Below the pieces are notes generated by a model. The model saw only the letters and a program-made list of their open reading frames with translations. It did no database searches and had not been told where the DNA came from. This document shows, in pieces, positions 15,762 through 23,508 of a stretch of 32,000 nt of DNA (the first letter of the stretch is position 1; each line of letters starts with the position of its first letter). Origin of the DNA: Breznakia sp. PF5-3 (lineage in GTDB: Bacteria; Bacillota_I; Bacilli_A; Erysipelotrichales; Erysipelotrichaceae); NCBI RefSeq assembly GCF_029504745.1, contig NZ_JAQFIQ010000006.1:36511-68510 (forward strand), read 5' to 3'. A program made the translations under genes and the position numbers.

Positions 15762-15963
15762 GTCCCTCTACCTCCCTCATCACAATTTCAATCACATCAG
15801 CAGGACAAACCTTAGCACACTTTCCACATCCCACACATTTGTTTTCATCCACTTGTGCATACAATCCCTTGTGTATTATAATTGCTCCAACTGGACAATA
15901 CTTCACACAATTACCACAAGCTACACAAGCTTTACCAATTTGTGCCTTTTTTCGTTTTATCAT
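15742..15963 (-). CDS. 4Fe-4S dicluster ferredoxin
   Basis: 73 aa with two cluster motifs, CVACGNCVKYCP and CVGCGKCAKVCP. It overlaps the downstream gene by 20 nt. Confidence 0.85.
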   Translation of the reverse strand: MIKRKKAQIGKACVACGNCVKYCPVGAIIIHKGLYAQVDENKCVGCGKCAKVCPADVIEIVMREVEGHEKALV

Positions 15964-15996
15964 ATAAATACTCCTTTATAATCTTATCCATATACA

Positions 15997-16033
15997 AAAT
16001 ATGTAAGAGTGTTATTATATCTCTTACATATTT
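15997..16033 (-). terminator. Hairpin after the CoADR-rhodanese gene (possible terminator)
   Basis: Perfect 13 bp inverted repeat AAATATGTAAGAG / CTCTTACATATTT with an 11 nt loop. Only a short T-run follows on the minus strand. Confidence 0.4.
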
Positions 16034-16040
16034 TATACCC

Positions 16041-17705
16041 TTACTTTTCTTCTACGCTTTTAGAACGTTTCCATTCATCATACGTTAAATATCCACCAAG
16101 TAAATTGTATAAATTTGAATACCCTAACTGGTGTAATAAACACAATGCATAGTGTGCTCGCTGACCTACTTTACAATATACAACGATTGGTGTATTTTTA
16201 TCTTTTGATAATTTATCTATATTATGACGCAATGTGTCAAGTTCAATGTTTATAGCACCTTCTATATGACCACCTTGATATTCTGAATCTGTACGAACGT
16301 CCAATAAAATAACATCCTTTTCTCTATTGTCTACATCTTGTGATTTCATTGTCTTATATAATCCATCAATTTCATGACTTGCTGCATATCCTAAAATGTT
16401 TACAGGATCTTTTGCACTTGAGAATGGCGGAGCATAGCATAGTTCTAATTTTGCTAAATCTGTTACTTTTAATTTTCCAATAATTGCTGTCGCTATAACA
16501 TCTATTCGTTTTTCTGTTCCTTCGTAACCAATTCCTTGTGCTCCTAAAATATCTAAAGTATCTTTATTATAGACAACTTTCAAAGTTAAGTTTTTTGCAT
16601 TTGGATAATATCCTGCATGATTTGAACGATGAACAATGGTAGTAGAAACAGGAATACCTAAATTGTTTGCCATCACTTCATTAAGTCCTGTAGAAGCTGC
16701 TACCATATCAAAAACCTTTGCTACACTTGAGCCCAAAGAACCTTGATAATCAATTTCCTTTCCATTTATGTGATCTGCTACTAATCGCCCTTGACGATTC
16801 GCTGGCCACGCTAATGGAATGTATGTTGGCGTTTGTGAAACTAAATGATTCACTTGAATCACATCTCCAACTGCATAAATATTAGGATCTGATGTTTGTA
16901 AATGTTCATTTACCACAATTGCTTTTCTTATACCCAATTCAAGATTTGCTTGCTCTGCTAATTTAGAAGCTGGAGATACTCCAATTGCAAGAATAGTAAG
17001 ATCCGATTCTAGCATTTCTCCATTATCTAATAACACCGTTTTTCCATTATTAGCAAAGCCTTTTAATCCTACACCAAGTTTTAATTTAACACCTTTTCTG
17101 ATCATTTCATTTTGCAAAATCGCAGCCATTTCTTCATCAAATGGTGTAAGTACTTGATTCGCTAAATCAACAAGCGTTACTTCAATACCCAAATGATGTA
17201 AATTTTCTGCCATCTCAACACCAATAAAGCCACCACCAACAATAACTGCTTGCTTAGGGTTATGTCTTACTACTTCTTTAATTTTATCCGTATCCGGAAG
17301 GTTGCGTAACTTCAACACATTTTCCGCTTCTTCCATACCTTCTAAATTAGGCCAAATCGGGTTAGCACCTGGTGATAAAATCAAACGATCATAAGATTCT
17401 ATATATGTTTCTTTTGTCTTATGATTATATACAGTTACATTTTTCTGTTCGCGATGAATTTCTGTAACTTCTTGGAAATTACGAATATCTAAATCAAAAC
17501 GCGTAGTCATTCCTTCTACTGTTTGAACTAATAATTTATCTCTTTCTTTTATTACTCCACCTATATAATATGGTAACCCACAGTTTGCAAATGAAATATA
17601 TTCATCTTTTTCAAACATAATAATTTCATCATCTTTTGATAATCTTCTCAATCTTGCAGCTGCTGAAGCACCTCCAGCAACACCACCAACTATTAATATT
17701 TTCAT
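16041..17705 (-). CDS. CoA-disulfide / CoA-persulfide reductase with a C-terminal rhodanese domain (CoADR-RHD)
   Basis: MKILIVGGVAGGASAA FAD motif, active-site SFANCGLPYY, second Rossmann VIVGGGFIGVE, C-terminal rhodanese domain with the CKVGQRA loop. The ATG at 17703-17705 follows GAGGA. The track ORF starts at an upstream GTG. Confidence 0.85.
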   Translation of the reverse strand: MKILIVGGVAGGASAAARLRRLSKDDEIIMFEKDEYISFANCGLPYYIGGVIKERDKLLVQTVEGMTTRFDLDIRNFQEVTEIHREQKNVTVYNHKTKETYIESYDRLILSPGANPIWPNLEGMEEAENVLKLRNLPDTDKIKEVVRHNPKQAVIVGGGFIGVEMAENLHHLGIEVTLVDLANQVLTPFDEEMAAILQNEMIRKGVKLKLGVGLKGFANNGKTVLLDNGEMLESDLTILAIGVSPASKLAEQANLELGIRKAIVVNEHLQTSDPNIYAVGDVIQVNHLVSQTPTYIPLAWPANRQGRLVADHINGKEIDYQGSLGSSVAKVFDMVAASTGLNEVMANNLGIPVSTTIVHRSNHAGYYPNAKNLTLKVVYNKDTLDILGAQGIGYEGTEKRIDVIATAIIGKLKVTDLAKLELCYAPPFSSAKDPVNILGYAASHEIDGLYKTMKSQDVDNREKDVILLDVRTDSEYQGGHIEGAINIELDTLRHNIDKLSKDKNTPIVVYCKVGQRAHYALCLLHQLGYSNLYNLLGGYLTYDEWKRSKSVEEK

Positions 17706-17740
17706 ACTTTTCCTCACAATATTTCTATTTTATTTCGCCA

Positions 17741-17989
17741 TTATCTTGATTTCATCAATAAATCTACAGCTTGTTCAATTTCTTTATCACTATATTCTTC
17801 ACTCTCATACAATTCTTTTAAATTATTAACAACAATTAATGCAATGATACGATCAATACTAGAACGCACAGCACTCAATTGCGTAACAACCTCTTTACAA
17901 CCTTTTTCATCTTCAATCATTTTCAAAATACCTCGAAGTTGCCCTTCGCTTCGTTTTATTCGATTGCTAATATCACTACTGCATTTCAT
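17741..17989 (-). CDS. CsoR/FrmR-family (DUF156) repressor, CstR-like
   Basis: 82 aa. RIKRSEGQLRGILKMIEDEKGCKEVVTQLSAVRSSIDR is the family core with the conserved Cys31. It sits between the rhodanese and CoADR-RHD genes. Confidence 0.8.
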   Translation of the reverse strand: MKCSSDISNRIKRSEGQLRGILKMIEDEKGCKEVVTQLSAVRSSIDRIIALIVVNNLKELYESEEYSDKEIEQAVDLLMKSR

Positions 17990-18018
17990 CTAGATACCTC
18001 CTTATCTGTTCATAAACC

Positions 18019-18318
18019 TTATACTATCTTCCCTCGCCAACTACTCATTCCTCCACTCACATTAATCACATCATATCCTTGTTTAGATAAATAGTGACAT
18101 GCCTGTTTGCTTCGCATTCCTGATTGACAAATTACATATGTAGTTCCTTTTAACTTAGTATTTTCAATATTAGACAACGGTGCATTAATTGCACTCTTGA
18201 TGTGTCCATCTTTAAACTCATCCTTCTCTCTTACATCTAAAATTGTGGTCTTGTCTCCTTGTTCTACCAATTCTTGCAATTTCACTGCACTTATCGACTT
18301 TATTTTTGAAAAAAACAT
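18019..18318 (-). CDS. Single-domain rhodanese sulfurtransferase
   Basis: 99 aa with the active-site loop CQSGMRS and the ILDVREKDEF / GHIKSAINAP blocks. Confidence 0.85.
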   Translation of the reverse strand: MFFSKIKSISAVKLQELVEQGDKTTILDVREKDEFKDGHIKSAINAPLSNIENTKLKGTTYVICQSGMRSKQACHYLSKQGYDVINVSGGMSSWRGKIV

Positions 18319-18331
18319 ACTTATCTCCTTT

Positions 18332-18347
18332 ATACCCTAGGGGGTAT
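18332..18347. promoter_or_regulatory. CsoR-family type operator (ATACCCTAGGGGGTAT)
   Basis: A 16 bp near-palindrome with a G/C core flanked by ATAC/GTAT, just upstream of the rhodanese RBS and downstream of the predicted -10. The architecture matches known CsoR/CstR operators. Confidence 0.65.
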
Positions 18348-18357
18348 TATTAATGTT

Positions 18358-18386
18358 ATTCTATCGTCTTTCTTTGTTCGTGTAAA
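18358..18386 (-). promoter_or_regulatory. Promoter of the rhodanese / cstR-like / CoADR operon
   Basis: Minus strand TTTACA (complement of 18381-18386), a 17 nt spacer, TAGAAT (complement of 18358-18363). Confidence 0.55.
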
Positions 18387-18405
18387 TTAAGATGCACTTA
18401 ATATT

Positions 18406-18434
18406 ACAAAAAAAGCAACCACAATATTATGGTT
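18406..18434 (-). terminator. Rho-independent terminator after the LysR gene
   Basis: Hairpin AACCACAAT/ATTATGGTT (one mismatch) followed on the minus strand by TTTTTTT (plus-strand A-run 18408-18414). Confidence 0.55.
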
Positions 18435-18445
18435 ACTTCCACTTT

Positions 18446-19345
18446 CTATTTTGTATATAATTTTAACGCTTCGAAAATCGTTTCATATTCTGTCGAAAAA
18501 GCACTATCTTTATTCCACAAAAATGTAAAATCATGAATAACTACAAAATCCGATAGTGGTATCTTTCTCAATGTCCCATTTTTCAATTCTTCTTCCACTG
18601 CTGATTTATACAAAAAGGCTATTCCACAATCCTGGCATAAAAGATTTACAATTGTATGTATATTGCCTATTTCTACTTTATGCTTAAAATCATCTATTGA
18701 CATATTTTTAATTGCCAAGGTTTTTGACAATATTGCCCTTGTCCCTGAACCATGTTCACGAACAAGCAAACGCTCTGAAACAAGATCTTTTAAATAATGA
18801 ATTGGTTTTTCAAACATATGATCTTTTGCTGCTATTGCAATATACTCCTCACTCTTATATATTTGTGCATTATAGTCATTACTATTAAAATATCCTTCTA
18901 CAATTGCAAAATCAATTTCCCCATGACGCAAATAAGAAAGCAAAGTTTGTGTATTTGCATATCGTACTCTAATATCTACATTGGGGTGCATTTTAATAAA
19001 ATTAGCCAAAGCAGGTACAATTGTATATTCCCCTATTGTCATTGTAACACCAAATGTTAATGTCTTTTTCCCATCAAGACTAACTTTCATACGTTGTTTT
19101 AACGTATTTTCATCATTTCGCATCGTTTCTAAGGTAGAACGTAATATTTCACCAGCAGGAGTAAGTAGCAATTTCTTTTTATCACGAATAAAAAGTAGTG
19201 TCTCATATTCCTTTTCTAAATATCGAATATGCTGAGAAACAGCAGGCTGAGTAAGATTTAACACCTTAGCAGCATGGGTAAAATTCATATACTCACAAAC
19301 CTTTAAAAAGGTTTCCATTCGAAAATCTAACATCATTACCTCCAT
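18446..19345 (-). CDS. LysR family transcriptional regulator
   Basis: N-terminal HTH FLKVCEYMNFTHAAKVLNLTQPAVSQHIRYLE plus a LysR substrate-binding domain. The true start may be Met4 or Met5 (19336 or 19333), because a GGAGG lies inside the first codons. Confidence 0.88.
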   Translation of the reverse strand: MEVMMLDFRMETFLKVCEYMNFTHAAKVLNLTQPAVSQHIRYLEKEYETLLFIRDKKKLLLTPAGEILRSTLETMRNDENTLKQRMKVSLDGKKTLTFGVTMTIGEYTIVPALANFIKMHPNVDIRVRYANTQTLLSYLRHGEIDFAIVEGYFNSNDYNAQIYKSEEYIAIAAKDHMFEKPIHYLKDLVSERLLVREHGSGTRAILSKTLAIKNMSIDDFKHKVEIGNIHTIVNLLCQDCGIAFLYKSAVEEELKNGTLRKIPLSDFVVIHDFTFLWNKDSAFSTEYETIFEALKLYTK

Positions 19346-19465
19346 ATATTGATTATTATGCTAACCATAACAAATATTTATGATTATATCAATTATTATA
19401 ATTTTACAAAATGATTATACATGTATATAGTAAAAGGGCATACATTCATAATGTGGAGGTATTTT

Positions 19466-20497
19466 ATGAAACTCATTTCAAACAATTGGCAAGGAATCCT
19501 TTTCTGTCTTGCATTAGCAATTCCGTCTTATTTTCTAGGTAATCAATTCCCTATTATTGGTGGTCCAGTTATCGCCATTGTTAGTGGAATGATTTTAGCT
19601 ATTTTCATAAAGAATAAAAATTCATTACATGATGGCGTTAAATATACATCTAAAAAAATACTACAATACGCTGTAATATTATTAGGTTTTGGGATGAATC
19701 TGGAGGTTGTTGTTCAAACCGGCAAACAATCTTTACCAATTATTATTTGTACAATTTCTACTTCCTTGGTGATTGCATATGTATTGCATCGGACAATGAA
19801 AATCCCTAAAAAAATATCTACCCTTATTGGTGTTGGTTCCTCTATATGTGGAGGATCAGCAATTGCTGCTACAGCTCCTGTAATCGATGCTGATGAAGAG
19901 GAAATCGCACAAGCAATCTCTGTTATTTTTCTTTTCAATATAATCGCTGCACTTATTTTCCCTATGTTAGGGAATGCCATCGGCTTCTCTACCTCCTCAG
20001 GTGATGCCTTTGGTGTCTTTGCTGGAACAGCCGTAAACGACACCTCTTCGGTCAGCGCTTCAGCATCTACATGGGATTCCATGCATAATCTTGGAAGTCA
20101 AACATTAGATAAAGCTATTACTGTAAAACTTACTAGAACCCTTGCAATCATTCCTATAACTTTATTTTTAGCTTTCAGAAGAAGTAAAAATACGGAAGCA
20201 ACCAATGAAAAAAAAGCATCTATTAAAAATGCTTTTCCCTTCTTTATCTTACTTTTCATCTTCGCCAGTTTCCTTACTACCATCGCTACATCAGCTGGTA
20301 TTAGTGAAGATGTTTTCGTACCAATGAAATTCTTATCTAAATTCTTCATCATCATGGCAATGGGTGCAATTGGTTTTAATACCGATGTTGTAAAACTAAT
20401 TAAGAGTGGTATTCGCCCCATCCTATTAGGTATGTCTTGTTGGATTGGAATAACTATCGTTTCCTTAGTGATGCAATATATGATGAACATTTGGTAA
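19466..20497 (+). CDS. YeiH/UPF0324 family membrane protein (putative sulfate exporter family)
   Basis: Polytopic protein with a family-like GVGSSICGGSAIAATAPV block. The ATG at 19466 follows GGAGG. It is divergent from a LysR gene, as in the yeiE-yeiH pairing. Confidence 0.75.
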   Translation: MKLISNNWQGILFCLALAIPSYFLGNQFPIIGGPVIAIVSGMILAIFIKNKNSLHDGVKYTSKKILQYAVILLGFGMNLEVVVQTGKQSLPIIICTISTSLVIAYVLHRTMKIPKKISTLIGVGSSICGGSAIAATAPVIDADEEEIAQAISVIFLFNIIAALIFPMLGNAIGFSTSSGDAFGVFAGTAVNDTSSVSASASTWDSMHNLGSQTLDKAITVKLTRTLAIIPITLFLAFRRSKNTEATNEKKASIKNAFPFFILLFIFASFLTTIATSAGISEDVFVPMKFLSKFFIIMAMGAIGFNTDVVKLIKSGIRPILLGMSCWIGITIVSLVMQYMMNIW

Positions 20498-20504
20498 CAT
20501 TTTA

Positions 20505-21248
20505 TCAATTCAGAAATACTGCTTTAAGTACAGAAAAATATTCTCTTATATAATTTGCAGTGAACCCTTTATATAACTTTTGGGATGGAGAACAATATGC
20601 TTTCATCCCTATTTTATTGGCGATATATTTTGCTCGAAATGCATGGAAATTATTAGTAACAATCAGAAAAGATGCATCTTTATTATCAACTAATGCATAT
20701 GAATTCCTCAAATTTTCATAAGTTGAAAAAGAATTATCTTCTAATAAAATTTGTTTCTTTGAAACCCCTAACTTAACAAGATATTTTTTCATTACTTCTG
20801 CTTCGCTATACTTTTTATCACTCGCTTTTCCACCACTACAAATGATCTTTACATTAGGGTATTGTATATAACAATCATACGCCTCCTCTAATCGATAACG
20901 TAAAGCTTTACTAGGTTGGTCTCCTTTAATTGCAGCCCCCAACACAACAATATAATCCGGTTTCACATCATCCTTTTTTACACCATTAATAATTACAAGT
21001 GTTTCAATAAGTAGAAAACTAACAATAAAGGTTGTAACACACACCCGACAAACGTATTGAAAAGGTTTTGGTAATTTCGCTAAAATGTTTTGCTGTTGAC
21101 GGAAACATACAAAAGAATATGCACACAACAAAATACCACCTATACATAATAAAATCGTAAATAGATTCCACCAAAGAAACAGATTAACGATACAAAAAAC
21201 ACCTGTAAAAAAATATAACCCATACTTCATCTTTTGAAAATTATTCAT
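20505..21248 (-). CDS. DUF218 (YdcF/SanA-like) membrane protein
   Basis: N-terminal TM segments, then DUF218 blocks YIVVLGAAIKGDQPS, ICSGGK, EDNSFSTYENL and LIVTNNFHAFRA. Confidence 0.75.
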   Translation of the reverse strand: MNNFQKMKYGLYFFTGVFCIVNLFLWWNLFTILLCIGGILLCAYSFVCFRQQQNILAKLPKPFQYVCRVCVTTFIVSFLLIETLVIINGVKKDDVKPDYIVVLGAAIKGDQPSKALRYRLEEAYDCYIQYPNVKIICSGGKASDKKYSEAEVMKKYLVKLGVSKKQILLEDNSFSTYENLRNSYALVDNKDASFLIVTNNFHAFRAKYIANKIGMKAYCSPSQKLYKGFTANYIREYFSVLKAVFLN

Positions 21249-21275
21249 ATTACATCTCCATTATTTCTATTGTTA

Positions 21276-21728
21276 TTATATTTCAACTTCATAAATCCTT
21301 GATGTTTCTCCATCTGGATGCTCACCATCGCCAATATAAGTAAATCCATATTGTTCATAATATCCAATATGATCACTACATAAATATAAACGTTCATATC
21401 CCATTTGCTTCGTATCATCTTTAATTTTATCAATCAAAAGTTTTGCATATCGATTACCACGATAATTTTCTTCAACATACAAAGCACAAAGCCATGGTTT
21501 TAAATCTGTCCGATTGATAAAATCATTTTCAATCAAACCTGCACAACCAGCAATAGTATTAGAATCAAAAAGTAAATACCATTGCGGCAAATTTGAAGTT
21601 GCTTGTAAGCTTTTGAGAATACTGTCTTCATAAACTTTTTCATCTACTATATCTCCCCATTTTGCTTGAAAATAACGGATAGCTTCCAAGGCATATGTTT
21701 GTTGTTCTCTTATTGAAATAATATGCAT
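21276..21728 (-). CDS. GNAT family N-acetyltransferase
   Basis: 150 aa. The acetyl-CoA binding region VEENYRGNRYAKLLI follows the Q/RxxGxG/A-type pattern. Confidence 0.8.
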   Translation of the reverse strand: MHIISIREQQTYALEAIRYFQAKWGDIVDEKVYEDSILKSLQATSNLPQWYLLFDSNTIAGCAGLIENDFINRTDLKPWLCALYVEENYRGNRYAKLLIDKIKDDTKQMGYERLYLCSDHIGYYEQYGFTYIGDGEHPDGETSRIYEVEI

Positions 21729-21776
21729 ACAAAAATCCCCTTTTTCATTTCTTCTAGTATATCATTAAACTTTGTT

Positions 21777-22057
21777 TTGACAACCTCCTTCAACCATGCT
21801 AGTATTATTAAAAATAAAATCAATGATTTGGAGTAGTAAGTTTAAATGAAGATTATAGAGAATTGCGGACGGTGGAAAAGCAATATCCTAATTTATTCTG
21901 AATGGACCAATGAGAGCGATCCGAAATTTTGAAAGTAGGCATCGACGGATTTACCCCGTTAACAGTAAACGTGTATGATAGTACACGATAAAAGACGTTT
22001 TACGTCATGGTGGCTTAACAAGTATAACTTGTCCTTTATTGGGACAAGTTTTTTTAT
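21777..22057 (+). promoter_or_regulatory. Promoter plus a tryptophan-specific T-box riboswitch leader with its terminator
   Basis: TTGACA at 21777-21782, a 17 nt spacer, TAGTAT at 21800-21805. Stem I elements are AGAGA, distal GGTGGAA, and the specifier GAA-TGG-A (TGG at 21903-21905). The T-box/antiterminator is CATGGTGGCTTAACAAGTATAACTTGT, whose UGGC bulge is complementary to the GCCA end expected for tRNA-Trp. Terminator ACTTGTCC-N7-GGACAAGT plus a T-run lies at 22027-22056. Confidence 0.8.
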
Positions 22058-22133
22058 TTTAAGGAGGTGGTACGAATGGAAGCTGATTGGGATTGGAAGG
22101 CATACAAACAACATAGAAAAGGAGAAATAAAAT

Positions 22134-23288
22134 ATGAACTATGGCATTTTTGGTGGACAATATGTGCCACAAGAACTTTTAAAAAGATTAGATGAAATTG
22201 AACATGAATTTAACCAAGCAATACAAGATGAAGATTACAAACAAGAATTTATATACTATTTAAAAAATTATGTTGGTAGACCTTCCCCATTGTATTACGC
22301 TAAGAATTTAAGTCGTCTTTATGGGGGTGCAAAAATTTATTTAAAACGAGAAGATTTAAACCATACAGGGTCCCATAAAATAAACAATGCTATTGGACAA
22401 GTATTACTAGCCAAAAGATTAAACAAGACTCATATCATTGCTGAAACAGGTGCTGGGCAACATGGTGTTGCCACTGCCACCGTATGTGCGATGTTCAATC
22501 TTAAATGTACAATCTTTATGGGTGAAGAAGATATGCGTAAACAAAGTGTAAATGTTGAAAAGATAAAACTATTAGGAGCTGAGGTGATTTCTGTCACAGA
22601 AGGATCAAAAACACTAAAAGAAGCAGTGGATGTAGCCTTTCAATATTTATTAGACCATGATGATGTATATTATTTAATTGGTTCTGCTGTTGGTCCACAT
22701 CCATACCCACAAATGGTAAAATACTTTCAACAGGTTATCGGCGAAGAAACAAGAAAACAAATTTTAGCGATGGAAAACACCTTGCCTAAAGCAGTTGTTG
22801 CTTGTGTTGGAGGAGGTAGTAATTCAATTGGAATGTTCTCAGGATTTATCCATGATAAACTTGATATTTACGGTGTTGAAGGTGCAGGATATGGCATTGA
22901 AAGCAAGATGCATGCTTCAGCGATTGCCAACAATAATATTGGTATTATACATGGTATGAAAACATATGCCATGACCAATGAGAATGGTGAAATAGCAGAA
23001 GCATATTCTATTTCATCTGGACTTGATTATCCTGGGATTGGTCCAGAGCATGCTCACTATTATAATGAAAACCTTGTTCATTATGATTCTGTTACTGACA
23101 AAGAAGCCATTGAAGGTTTTAAAGACTTGTGTAAAAGTGAAGGCATTATTCCAGCTCTAGAAAGTAGCCATGCCCTTGCCTATACCAAGAAGATTGCCAA
23201 AAAGTATAAACCAGATGATAGTATTGTCGTTTCCCTATCTGGTAGGGGTGATAAGGATGTTTCTACAATCTTAAACTACCAAGATTAA
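22134..23288 (+). CDS. trpB: Tryptophan synthase beta chain (TrpB1-type)
   Basis: 384 aa. FGGQYVPE N-terminus, PLP-lysine block HTGSHKINN, ETGAGQHGVATA and GGGSN motifs. Confidence 0.92.
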   Translation: MNYGIFGGQYVPQELLKRLDEIEHEFNQAIQDEDYKQEFIYYLKNYVGRPSPLYYAKNLSRLYGGAKIYLKREDLNHTGSHKINNAIGQVLLAKRLNKTHIIAETGAGQHGVATATVCAMFNLKCTIFMGEEDMRKQSVNVEKIKLLGAEVISVTEGSKTLKEAVDVAFQYLLDHDDVYYLIGSAVGPHPYPQMVKYFQQVIGEETRKQILAMENTLPKAVVACVGGGSNSIGMFSGFIHDKLDIYGVEGAGYGIESKMHASAIANNNIGIIHGMKTYAMTNENGEIAEAYSISSGLDYPGIGPEHAHYYNENLVHYDSVTDKEAIEGFKDLCKSEGIIPALESSHALAYTKKIAKKYKPDDSIVVSLSGRGDKDVSTILNYQD

Positions 23289-23508
23289 AATAATAAAATT
23301 CACAAATTTCATTGTCTTCAACAAGACAAAGTGATAATATTGAATTAGGAACCAGATGATGTTAGATTGTTGAAAACAAGCTAATATAAAATACTCTAAA
23401 ATTGTTCAGGGTGTTTTATGTTGGCTTTTTTATTAGAAAGGAGGTAAAAAATAAAACCAAAAGAATTGCTTTGTTAAAAAGAACTTATAAAGAAAGGCTG
23501 GAAGAAAT

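Noticed and set aside
19714-20508. Two minus-strand ORFs (122 aa and 136 aa) opposite the YeiH-like gene
   Set aside because: These are antisense shadows of a polytopic membrane protein gene, with no RBS and no family features.
21245-21433. 62 aa minus-strand ORF overlapping the 3' part of the GNAT gene
   Set aside because: It is an alternative frame of the GNAT gene region with implausible composition. The GNAT frame carries the family motifs.
22060-22078. AAGGAGGTGGTACGAATGG as a second T-box core (it resembles GGGTGGTACCGCG)
   Set aside because: It lies downstream of the terminator, with no following antiterminator or terminator alternative. It is more simply an RBS-like sequence, and the functional T-box is at 22005-22031.
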